Assembly (NCBI GenBank): GCA_963717365.1 | Contig: OY970327.1 | Location: 75,599-139,598 of the forward strand | Direction of reading: 5' to 3' | Origin: Candidatus Saccharimonadia bacterium | GTDB taxonomy: Bacteria > Patescibacteriota > Saccharimonadia > Saccharimonadales > 2-12-FULL-41-12 | DNA length: 64,000 bases | Shown: positions 9,274 through 20,202 of the stretch, piece after piece | Numbering within the stretch: position 1 is the stretch's first letter | How the letters are laid out: each line of letters begins with the position of its first letter | Made by a program: the position numbers and the translations under genes | Notes under the pieces: generated by a model | Databases searched by the model: none | Seen by the model: the letters and a program-made list of their open reading frames with translations, nothing else | Told to the model about the DNA's origin: nothing

Positions 9274-9708
9274 ATGTCAGACCAAGGAAACGGAATAATC
9301 AACTACGAAGCGATCCATGAACGGGCTAAGAACCCTGGTGGTGGCATTGAAATTATGATGAAAAACCGAGCCCATTCCGTTTCTGAAGCACGACATATCA
9401 CGCTGACTAATGTCAGTGTTCGCCAAGCAAGATACAACTTACAACTAGCTGAGCAACGTCAAAAAGAAGAAGATTGGCAGCGGAAAGTAAATAAGGATGC
9501 TCTAGAAGCAAGTCAGACGCCTGTATATGGTATCATTCCTGCCGCAATCGAAGCTGCTACAGAGCAGCCTGTTGTAGCTGAAGCTCCAGTTCTACTTGAG
9601 CAAACACCTAATACGCAAACGCTTAACCCAGCTGATTCGCTGCAACGAGTATACGCCCTGCACGATCAACCAAAACCAGATACCCATAATTTCAATCTAC
9701 CTCTCTAA
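9274..9708 (+). CDS. Hypothetical protein (144 aa)
   Basis: Long ORF with an ATG start in a tightly packed same-strand gene array. No recognisable motif. Confidence 0.5.
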   Translation: MSDQGNGIINYEAIHERAKNPGGGIEIMMKNRAHSVSEARHITLTNVSVRQARYNLQLAEQRQKEEDWQRKVNKDALEASQTPVYGIIPAAIEAATEQPVVAEAPVLLEQTPNTQTLNPADSLQRVYALHDQPKPDTHNFNLPL

Positions 9709-9713
9709 ATCCT

Positions 9714-10088
9714 ATGATTGGAACATTTTTAAAAATCGCGGGCTTTCAGCAGAATGAGGAAGAACGCAAAGCAAAATTATACCGAGACCTGCTAAAACAT
9801 GAAGCTAGGATTGGCGGCGAGCTATTTGGCCCGGTACCAAAAGGTGGCCGACGTGAATTCTTTTGCCTGGATGAATATACCTGGATTTGGTATACCGAGT
9901 GGACAGATAAAAATCACCAACGGCAGCGGCGCACCATCCGTTACGAAATGCGTCCCGGTGGTATTGTTAAAATTCAAGATGGTCAAGGCTATCAACCGGT
10001 TACCGATGCCGAAGCGTTACGTCTGGCTGACGCAGTAAAAGTGTACGAACGGCGTGTTATAAACGAACTGTACCGGTCTGTCGTCTAA
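9714..10088 (+). CDS. Hypothetical protein (124 aa, Trp/Arg-rich)
   Basis: The ORF starts 5 nt after the previous stop. No recognisable motif. Confidence 0.5.
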   Translation: MIGTFLKIAGFQQNEEERKAKLYRDLLKHEARIGGELFGPVPKGGRREFFCLDEYTWIWYTEWTDKNHQRQRRTIRYEMRPGGIVKIQDGQGYQPVTDAEALRLADAVKVYERRVINELYRSVV

Positions 10089-10126
10089 GGATCGATCGGG
10101 ATTCTAGCGTATACTTATTTACACAA

Positions 10127-11263
10127 ATGGCAATTTATCTTGATCATGCGGCGGCTACACCAGTAGATCCGAAGGTGTTGGCAGCTATGGTGCCTTTCTA
10201 TAGTGAACTATTTCATAATCCGTCGGCTTTATACGGTCCTGCTCTAGCGGTTGGTCAGTCACTCGCTTTAGCACGAGCTGACTGCGCTTCGGTAATCGGA
10301 GCCAAACCATCAGAAATTATTTTTACGGCTGGCGGAACCGAAGCGAACAACTTAGCTATCCATGGAGTAATGCGTAAGCATCCTGGCTCTAAGGCTGCTA
10401 TATCTGCCGTTGAGCACGACTCGGTGCGTGTACCTGCCGCCCGTTATGACACGATAGTTATACCGGTCACTAACAAAGGACTAGTAGATGCTGCCAGTAT
10501 TTCACAAACAATAAATGATTCGGTTGTACTGGTTAGTGTCATGTATGCCAATAATGAGGTGGGGACGGTGCAGCCAATCCGTCGTATTGCCGCCGAACTG
10601 AGCTTAATTCGCAAAACGCGACTCCAGACAGGTAATAGGTTGCCGCTTTATTTTCATGTTGATGCGGCTCAGGCTGGTAATTATCTTGATTTGCATGTGC
10701 ATCGGCTTGGTGTCGATCTGATGACAATCAACGGTGGTAAATTGTACGGCCCAAAACAGTCCGGCTTGTTGTTTATTAAAAGTGAAGTGCGCCTGCAAGC
10801 CTTGATTGATGGCGGCGGCCAAGAGCAGAATTTACGTAGCGGCACCGAAAATATTGCTAATGCAGTCGGGCTAGCTCGGGCGCTGCAGATGAGTGCGGCT
10901 ATGCGCCACGAGGAAACCAAGCGTTTGCGTCAGCTCCAGGCTAATTTTATTAGCCAGCTAAAAGTATTGTTTCCAGAGGTGATTATTAATGGGTCATTGC
11001 AGCATCGGCTACCAAATAACCTTCACATTACCTTGCGCGGAACCGACAACGAACGGGTACTTATGGCGCTTGATATGCAAGGTATCTATGCTGCAGCTGG
11101 CTCAGCCTGCAGTGCTAGTTATGAGACACCATCACATGTATTGAAGGCCATGGGAATGAACGAAGCAGACATCCGCAGCTCACTTAGATTTAGCTCTGGA
11201 CGCAACACCCAACAAGCTAATATTGACCAGACCGTGCAAGTCCTCAAGCAGATACTTGCATGA
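10127..11263 (+). CDS. Cysteine desulfurase (class V aminotransferase, NifS/IscS-like)
   Basis: MYANNEVGTVQPI, HVDAAQA, a PLP-Lys context (NGGKLYGPKQSG), and RSGTENI. Confidence 0.85.
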   Translation: MAIYLDHAAATPVDPKVLAAMVPFYSELFHNPSALYGPALAVGQSLALARADCASVIGAKPSEIIFTAGGTEANNLAIHGVMRKHPGSKAAISAVEHDSVRVPAARYDTIVIPVTNKGLVDAASISQTINDSVVLVSVMYANNEVGTVQPIRRIAAELSLIRKTRLQTGNRLPLYFHVDAAQAGNYLDLHVHRLGVDLMTINGGKLYGPKQSGLLFIKSEVRLQALIDGGGQEQNLRSGTENIANAVGLARALQMSAAMRHEETKRLRQLQANFISQLKVLFPEVIINGSLQHRLPNNLHITLRGTDNERVLMALDMQGIYAAAGSACSASYETPSHVLKAMGMNEADIRSSLRFSSGRNTQQANIDQTVQVLKQILA

Positions 11264-11309
11264 CTCGTTTATTTAGAGCATACTAATCGTTACTATATAA
11301 AAAGTAAAA

Positions 11310-12149
11310 ATGAACATCAAAAAATTTAAATCGATTCTTCTTTCTCAGCGTCTGATTGCCTCCCTTGTATTGACGTTTCTGATTGTTGTAAGCGCAGCTG
11401 GACCTGTCTTAGCCCAAACAGTATTGCAAGGATATTCCTCAGATGAACCGCTTCAAAAGGGTATGTTGGTTAAATTAAATAAAGATGATCAGTCAAAGGT
11501 TGAGACGGTTACCGACGAATCGCTCGATAACTTAAAAGGAGTTGTTGCTGACGCCAATGACTCTCCTGTTACTTTGAGCGGTGACGGCCAAAAGGTTTTT
11601 GTTGCTACTAACGGAAGTTACGAAGTGTTGGTTAGTAACGAAAACGGACAGATTGCCCAAGGTGACTATATAAGTGTTTCGTCTCTGGGCGGAATCGGCA
11701 TGAAGGCAAGTGAAAGTCAGACGGTAGTACTAGGTCGAGCAATAGCTAAATTTGAGGGCGGCGGCGATAGTATTGGCAAAAGTACGACCAAAGACGGAAA
11801 AAACGTGTCATTCGGACGCATCAAGGTGGATATTGGTGTAGTTAAGAATCCGTTACTAAAAAACCCTGAAAAAGATAAAGTTCCAGATGTTCTGCAAAAG
11901 GCGGCCAGTACTGTTGCAGAAAAGCCAGTTACCTCTTTACGTATCTACTTAGCGCTCTGCGTATTACTTGCGACAACTTTAGTTGCTACAATTACACTTT
12001 TTAGCGGTGTACGCAGCACCATTATCTCGATAGGACGTAATCCGCTTTCCAAAGGAATTATTATAAAAGGCCTAATCCAGGTACTGCTTGTAAGCTTAAT
12101 CATTTTCATTACTGGCCTATTTGGGGTATATTTACTTATAAAGCTGTAA
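11310..12149 (+). CDS. Secreted/membrane protein with C-terminal c-subunit-like two-helix hairpin
   Basis: N-terminal signal or anchor sequence (LIASLVLTFLIVVSAAGPVLAQ), a ~200-aa soluble domain, then two TM helices joined by the loop SIGRNPLSK. It sits immediately upstream of the ATP synthase b-like gene. Confidence 0.6.
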   Translation: MNIKKFKSILLSQRLIASLVLTFLIVVSAAGPVLAQTVLQGYSSDEPLQKGMLVKLNKDDQSKVETVTDESLDNLKGVVADANDSPVTLSGDGQKVFVATNGSYEVLVSNENGQIAQGDYISVSSLGGIGMKASESQTVVLGRAIAKFEGGGDSIGKSTTKDGKNVSFGRIKVDIGVVKNPLLKNPEKDKVPDVLQKAASTVAEKPVTSLRIYLALCVLLATTLVATITLFSGVRSTIISIGRNPLSKGIIIKGLIQVLLVSLIIFITGLFGVYLLIKL

Positions 12150-12188
12150 CCATAAACACATTGTAAAGGTGGGGTAGATACAAACATT

Positions 12189-12821
12189 ATGGAAGGGTGG
12201 ATACAAACCGGACTGATCGTCGGATTATTGTTGGCAGTGACGGCGGCTTTTATTTGGCTTGCCATAAAAATTTCAGATAGTCCCTCAGTCTTAAAAAAGG
12301 GCATGGAGCCTACGCCAGACCTAGCAAATGCGGTTGATGCTGATGTAGAGAGTATCTTTAACGATGATTTTCGCGAAGAGTTGCGAAATCGCGGCCGGCT
12401 GCACTTTGAAAAAATAATTGGTGAAAATGCCATGTTCCTGCAGCAAGATTTGCGCTTGACAACTTCCGAGGTTAACGCCTACATGAAAGATGAGATCACC
12501 AAGACGCTCAAAGACGCCTTTGAACACTATGAGTCATCTATCAAAGATGCCCAGAGGTTAGCGCTTGATTCTATTGAAAAGACACAGGTAGCCGTGGAGC
12601 AGCAGCGTGAAATTCTTAATACGCAGTTAGTAAAAGAAATTGCTATCGAAAAAGAACGGACGCTTAGCCGCTTTAACAATAATATGGCAGACGTCGTAAA
12701 TCATTATGTCCTGGCGGCAATTGGCAACCAGATTGACCTTGAAGACCAGCTGGAATACATATTGGGCGAGTTAGAACGAGATAAACAGGCAATTATTGAA
12801 GATATCAATTTTGGGACATAG
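12189..12821 (+). CDS. atpF: ATP synthase subunit b-like stalk protein
   Basis: A single N-terminal TM (GLIVGLLLAVTAAFIWLAI) followed by ~170 aa of charged, helix-type sequence. Its position directly before delta/alpha matches atpF. Sequence is highly divergent. Confidence 0.5.
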   Translation: MEGWIQTGLIVGLLLAVTAAFIWLAIKISDSPSVLKKGMEPTPDLANAVDADVESIFNDDFREELRNRGRLHFEKIIGENAMFLQQDLRLTTSEVNAYMKDEITKTLKDAFEHYESSIKDAQRLALDSIEKTQVAVEQQREILNTQLVKEIAIEKERTLSRFNNNMADVVNHYVLAAIGNQIDLEDQLEYILGELERDKQAIIEDINFGT

Positions 12822-12827
12822 GCAATT

Positions 12828-13424
12828 ATGACGGATACCATGACTGAACAGACACCCGGACAAATTGTATTACCTGTTGAGCTCGTCAGCTCAATTGACT
12901 TATCGCGCATGGTGCGCGAGTTAACCGCGCTTGATGAGTCTATTAATCAAACAGCGCTTCGAGCCCCGGGCGAACCAACTCGCCTGGCCCGTACTGGAGT
13001 TACACTGGAAGAGCTGGCCAGCGCAAATAAGGTGTTGCTTACAGACCAGAAGCAGCGTACGCAGCTACTAGAACTATTAAAAGGTTTTCAGAAGCACGCC
13101 CCACGTATCCACATGAGTCTGGCGGCTGAACCGACCGCTAAATTTACTCAAAAAATCGTGATCTGGATGCGTAAGAATATTCATCCGCTAGCATTACTCG
13201 AAGTTGGCTTGCAGCCAAATATCGCGGCTGGTTGCATTGTCCGTACCAATAACAAAATGTTTGATATGAGCCTTCGCCATTGCTTTACCGAAAAACGCTT
13301 ACTGTTGGTAGAAAAAATAGCCGAAATTGGTCAACAGACCAGCACACTTTCAAATACTTCGCCTGAGCCACCTGCTACAGAGTCAGCCAAGCAATCGCCA
13401 ACTCCTCCTGGGGCTAACGCATGA
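12828..13424 (+). CDS. atpH: ATP synthase subunit delta (OSCP)-like
   Basis: The C-terminal half (HMSLAAEP...[30 protein letters not shown]) resembles the OSCP pattern (..vdpsliGG..v..gd...D.S.r). The stop overlaps the atpA start (ATGA). Confidence 0.55.
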   Translation: MTDTMTEQTPGQIVLPVELVSSIDLSRMVRELTALDESINQTALRAPGEPTRLARTGVTLEELASANKVLLTDQKQRTQLLELLKGFQKHAPRIHMSLAAEPTAKFTQKIVIWMRKNIHPLALLEVGLQPNIAAGCIVRTNNKMFDMSLRHCFTEKRLLLVEKIAEIGQQTSTLSNTSPEPPATESAKQSPTPPGANA

Positions 13425-14850
13425 ATATTAGCGACAACCAGCATTTCAACCGGCTTATAGATAGCGGCCAGCCAGTGGGCGAGGTTATTGGCGTAGACAA
13501 GTTCCTGGTAAAAGTAAAGGGTTTGCACCCGGTAAGTACGCATGCCCTTATCATGTTTGAGGATGGTAGCAAGGGCTTTGTCAGTCAGGTGATGCCTGAT
13601 TTTATTGCTATCTTGCATCTTGGCAGCAAAACCCTGAGCACCGGTATGATTGCCGTAGTACAGCATCAGAAATTAGTCTGCAAAGTTGGGAAAGATTTTA
13701 TTGGCCGGGTTGTTTCGGTAACAGGTGAACCGCTTGACGGTAAAGGGCCGGTTGTAGCCGACGATACCTGGCCGGTGTTTAATGTTGCACCACCGCTCTA
13801 CACCCGTAAGTTACTCGATACTCAATTAGAAAGCGGTGTTATGGCAATTGACGCTTTGTTTCCACTAGTGCGCGGCCAGCGTATTGCCGTGCTCGGAGAC
13901 AGTAAATCCGGTAAAAGCAGCGTGGTGACACAACTGACAATTAACCAGAAAAACACCGATCAGGTAGTTGTTTACTGTTTGATCGCCAAGCGTCGTAGTG
14001 ATATTGATGCCCTGCTTACGAAATTGGAATCAACAGATTCACTTAAGAGCGCCATTGTAGTGGTCTCAACTATGTTTGAATCACTTATATTAAGCTATAT
14101 CGCGCCGTATGTGGCCTGTGCCATGGCCGAATACTTCTGGCAAAAATGCGATCAGGATGCGATTATTATTTATGACGACCTTACCAGCCATGCCCACGCT
14201 TACCGCGAAGTAGCTTTATTGACTGGAACTAGCCCAGGACGTGACTCTTACCCCGGTGATATGTTCTTTGCCCACTCCAGCTTGCTTGAGAGGGCCGGTA
14301 GGCTTGAGCGCAATGGAAAGCACCTAACAAGCATTCCAGTCGTTCTGGCAGCTTCTGGTGACATCACAGCCTATCTACCTACAAACATTATGTCTATTAC
14401 TGACGGACAATGGATTCTGGATATGGGCTTATTCCGTGCCGGTATTCGTCCAGCCTTAAATACGGGACTCAGCGTGACCCGTGTTGGTGGTGTGGGTCAT
14501 AGTAAACGGCAAAAAGCGTTGGCGGCTGGAACCCTTAAGATGCTGGCAGCTTATCGTCAGGCAGAAGAATTTTCACATTTTGGTTCTGAATTGGCGCTAG
14601 AAGCAAAAACCGCGCTGGAAAAGGGTGCCAACATCTTTAAGGTGCTTAACCAGGGTCCTTCAGAAACGTATTCGTTGTATGCCCAACAATTGATGCTAGA
14701 CATCGTCCTTAACTCTGAAGATGGCGTTAAAATTGACGTGGATGTCCTAAAAACTAACGTTCGCGACTTTGCAGAACAGATTAAGAAAGACGAAGACTTT
14801 GATAAAGTGCGCGACGCGCTCAAAACTAAATCACTTGTGGAGCTTAAAAA

Positions 14851-14854
<4 letters not shown>
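13421..14854 (+). CDS. atpA: ATP synthase F1 subunit alpha (divergent, 477 aa)
   Basis: P-loop GDSKSGKSS (canonical GDRQTGKT), [19 protein letters not shown], and [22 protein letters not shown]. Confidence 0.9.
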
Positions 14855-17009
<2,155 letters not shown>

Positions 17010-17011
17010 CC

Positions 17012-17416
17012 ATGGCAAAAAAAGATAAGAAAGATAAGAAATCTGAAGCTCCCGTTGAAAGCTCCGACTCAGTGGCAGTTGAGAAGCCAACTGATGAGAC
17101 CACCCAGCCAGTTTCTGCCAAGACAGCTGACGCTGATACAGATTCAGGGAAAAAAGAAGAGTTAGATAGCCATGCTATACACGTCAAGGTCTACTCGCCA
17201 TATCAGACATACTTTGATGATACCGCCCAAAGCGTTTCAGCCGAAAATGATACCGGCCCGTTTGATATCCTGCCAAAACACCATAACTTTATGACGCTTG
17301 TAAATGCCTGCGAGGTGACGATTCGCATTGAGGGTGGACAGGATAAGCGTATACGCATCAGCCGCGGCGTGTTGCATGTTCATAGCAATAAAGTTACCCT
17401 GTTTCTTGACGTTTAA
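17012..17416 (+). CDS. atpC: ATP synthase F1 subunit epsilon (beta-sandwich only, N-terminal charged extension)
   Basis: Lies directly after atpD. Core sequence is VKVYSPYQTYF...GPFDILPKHHNFMTLV...GVLHVHSNKVTLFLD. A ~50-aa Lys/Asp/Glu-rich N-terminal extension is present. The protein ends without the usual C-terminal helical hairpin. Confidence 0.7.
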   Translation: MAKKDKKDKKSEAPVESSDSVAVEKPTDETTQPVSAKTADADTDSGKKEELDSHAIHVKVYSPYQTYFDDTAQSVSAENDTGPFDILPKHHNFMTLVNACEVTIRIEGGQDKRIRISRGVLHVHSNKVTLFLDV

Positions 17417-17428
17417 CACGTCGTTCCT

Positions 17429-18448
17429 CTAGTCGACGACTATATAGTCGAAGGCAAAGCTAGTACCTGTTCCAGCCGCGTTGACGCTACAAATACTAAA
17501 ACTAGTAGTAGTGCGATTAATATAGTAGTTTAGACTGCCAGCAGCTGGTCCGATTGGAGTGATTACTACGTGAGGAGAGCCGTTAAAACGCTGGGTAAAA
17601 TTGATTGTAATAAAACAACCTGGGGTGGTGCCCCCGCCAGTATTAATTGTGGCTGTGCCAGCTGTGTCTGTGCCGCTAACCGAACTTGTGCCACCACTGC
17701 CAAGTGCGGAGCCGCCCGAACTGCTGGGTGTGCCACCACCCGCATCAATATGGCGGGCAAGTTGCAGATCACCATTTATTTGAAGATTTTGTATGTTAAG
17801 ACTGGCTGCAGTCAAAGCGCCGCCAAATGTGCCCGAACCGCTAACCGTGAGGTTGTTTTGAACGGCTAATTGCCCTTGTATGGTAGTATTTCCGGCTACC
17901 TGTAATTCATTTGCCTGGACTTGCCCTAATATTGAAGTGCCAGATACGGTTATTCCTGGAATACTCAATGGCGCACCGGCTTTGATTTCTCCAGCAACCT
18001 CTAAACTATCGCGAATAAGTACCTTACCTGCAAAAATCGCATTAGATTCAACGCTTAGTATTTGTTTAGGATCACCAACTTTTACATCAGTCTGACGTAA
18101 TTGCTCCAGAGCTTCCTGGCTTAGCGGCTCAGTTACAATTTGAGTAGCTTTAGTGCTGGCCTGCTTACTCTTTATAAAACTTACCACTGTTATTGCTACA
18201 GCGAGAACTAATAAAAATATAAACAATAGTAGATAAATATTGAAGCGGGCAAAAAAACTGTGCGACAACTTCTTTTTCTTTTTAGCAGCTTCCGACGCCG
18301 CAGACTCGCCCGCCGCTCCAGTGGCATCAGTTACGTCGCCATCCGCGGTCGCGTCTATAGTTGTTTTTGTCTCAAGCGAATCACTTTCCTGGCTTGCGCC
18401 AGCAACATCTTCGCTGTCAACTTCATTATCTTTGGTCTTGTTTTCCAT
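17429..18448 (-). CDS. Membrane-anchored surface protein with beta-helix-like repeat region
   Basis: Acidic N-terminus, a KKKK stretch, one TM (IYLLLFIFLLVLAVAITVV), then Gly/Thr/Ser/Ala-rich repeats of the type xGxxxVxG (VAGNTTIQGQLAVQNNLTVSGSGTFGG...). The compact C-terminal domain ends in FAFDYIVVD. Confidence 0.6.
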   Translation of the reverse strand: MENKTKDNEVDSEDVAGASQESDSLETKTTIDATADGDVTDATGAAGESAASEAAKKKKKLSHSFFARFNIYLLLFIFLLVLAVAITVVSFIKSKQASTKATQIVTEPLSQEALEQLRQTDVKVGDPKQILSVESNAIFAGKVLIRDSLEVAGEIKAGAPLSIPGITVSGTSILGQVQANELQVAGNTTIQGQLAVQNNLTVSGSGTFGGALTAASLNIQNLQINGDLQLARHIDAGGGTPSSSGGSALGSGGTSSVSGTDTAGTATINTGGGTTPGCFITINFTQRFNGSPHVVITPIGPAAGSLNYYINRTTTSFSICSVNAAGTGTSFAFDYIVVD

Positions 18449-18602
18449 GGCTCAATATTTGCTTTTTATTATCAAAGCTACTGCTTATTAGCATACTATA
18501 TATTCTTGAAAAGCATAAACGAGTTGCGTTTTTTAAACTGTATGCGAGAATGATAAAAGAGAAAGTGTAATATAAAGACCAAAAGATTAGCCAAGGCATT
18601 GT

Positions 18603-19277
18603 ATGCGATACAAAACCCACTCTAATTACCATCGGAGAAAAAAATTAATCAGGAGATTGCTTCTAATTCTAGTTATAGCGGGATTAACGGCAATATATTT
18701 TGGCGGCAAGTATATAATCCACACCTATTTGCAGGAAGAGACGCAAGTAACAGAGACGCCAGTAGAGACAGTGGGGTACTTTGAGCCATCCACCGCTATA
18801 TTTAGAAGTTCTTTTTTCCAGTTTCAGGCAAGCAAATCCTGGACTCAGGACATTAATGCCTCGACTGCTGATAAATTTATTTACCGGAGCTATAATGGCC
18901 CACTCATTGAGCACGAAATGACTATTTATATAAACAACATACCAGATGATCTGGTAGTGACACGAGTTTTGCCGGTAATGCTGACCGACGCATCGCAAGG
19001 TCTGGTTCTTGGTCCCGTCAGTGATTACTGCGGAAAAAAATTACTGGATAAAAAACGTTTAATTCAACAAACAACAGTTGATGGAGTGAAACTGAACTGT
19101 AATGTTGACGATAACAACTATACTATTTTAGTAGGCGAGGTAGGTGGCACCACAACACTTGAGCTGGCAAGGCCAGGTAATACTAAGGCTAATTATGCAA
19201 TTTTTTACCGGAATGTTACTGCTAGTCCAAATAGCGTTGAAATTGAGCAGCTGCTAAAAACTTTTCAAACCCGCTAA
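18603..19277 (+). CDS. Hypothetical N-terminally anchored extracytoplasmic protein
   Basis: Basic N-terminus (HRRKKLIRR) and one TM (LLLILVIAGLTAIYF). Divergent from the 17429..18448 gene. Confidence 0.55.
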   Translation: MRYKTHSNYHRRKKLIRRLLLILVIAGLTAIYFGGKYIIHTYLQEETQVTETPVETVGYFEPSTAIFRSSFFQFQASKSWTQDINASTADKFIYRSYNGPLIEHEMTIYINNIPDDLVVTRVLPVMLTDASQGLVLGPVSDYCGKKLLDKKRLIQQTTVDGVKLNCNVDDNNYTILVGEVGGTTTLELARPGNTKANYAIFYRNVTASPNSVEIEQLLKTFQTR

Positions 19278-19305
19278 GCATAAATGCTATAATCATTTAG
19301 TAGTT

Positions 19306-20085
19306 ATGTGTGCGAAACAAAAATTATCAGTTTTGGCAATTTTTGCCCTAATATTACCGGTATTAAGTTTCCAGCCGGTTCTGTTTGCCCAATCATCCTC
19401 ACCTAGCTACCGGGTTGAGGAAAGCTATTTTGGATCAGGTGGGGAAGTAAATGCCACCTCAGCTAGCTATCGAGCTCGCCAGTCGGCTGGAGCTTTAGGC
19501 GTAGGAACTGCTTCAAGCCCTAATTACCGGGCAAGTGCCGGTTTTGGTACTCCTGATACAGGATTTTTGGAATTTGTGGTAACCGGCGCAACTGTAAGTC
19601 TCGGTACTTTGTCTGATACGGCCGCTTCTACCGGCGCAGCTCAAGCAGGTGGTTGTAACTGCTCTTTTTATGTACGCACTTACCTCTCCTCGGCCTACGC
19701 GGTTACTACTATGAGTAATCCGCCCACATCTAACTCAGGCGCAATTCTTACGGCAAAAACAGTTGCAGGAGTGCCATCTATTGATGAAAACGTAGAAGAA
19801 TTTGGTATTAATCTGGTAGATAATTCAAGTCCTAACATTGGTGCTAATCCGACGAATCAACCTGATAGCAGTTTTGCCGATGGATTAGCTATGTCTGGCT
19901 ACGATACGCCTAACAATTTTAAGTACGTAGTTGGTGATATTATCGCCCGTTCGCCGGCTACGGTAGGTAACCAGGCAATTGGCCTGACTGATTACACCCT
20001 GTCCTATATTGCTAAAAAAAGAACTATTACAAGGGCCGGGGCGTACAGCATGCAACATGACTTGGTAGTGACCGCAACATATTGA
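19306..20085 (+). CDS. Secreted protein with three S-x-[SN]-Y-R motifs and the C-terminal domain of the surface-protein family
   Basis: Signal peptide (...PVLFA/QS). The C-terminal ~180 aa align by eye with the C-terminus of the 348-aa protein (EEFGINL / SQFGMNL; GYDTPNNFKYVVGD / GYNTPDYFKFVNGD; terminal GAYS...TATY / GIYS...TAQF). Confidence 0.7.
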   Translation: MCAKQKLSVLAIFALILPVLSFQPVLFAQSSSPSYRVEESYFGSGGEVNATSASYRARQSAGALGVGTASSPNYRASAGFGTPDTGFLEFVVTGATVSLGTLSDTAASTGAAQAGGCNCSFYVRTYLSSAYAVTTMSNPPTSNSGAILTAKTVAGVPSIDENVEEFGINLVDNSSPNIGANPTNQPDSSFADGLAMSGYDTPNNFKYVVGDIIARSPATVGNQAIGLTDYTLSYIAKKRTITRAGAYSMQHDLVVTATY

Positions 20086-20202
20086 TTTATGCTGTGCATA
20101 ACTTTAGTTATTTGTCTTTCCAAAAAAACGCTTATGAATATATAGTAGTGTTTAGTCAAACAAGTGTGAGCGAAATAAAAATTATATAGAGGAGCAAAAC
20201 CC

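Noticed and set aside
17566-18570. A cluster of overlapping ORFs in several frames on both strands (17566..17775, 17570..17869, 17601..17783, 17880..18095, 18240..18491, 18260..18553, 18361..18570)
   Set aside because: All lie within or antisense to the 339-aa surface-protein gene, whose Gly/Ala/Thr/Ser-rich, stop-poor composition keeps other frames open. None has a credible start context.
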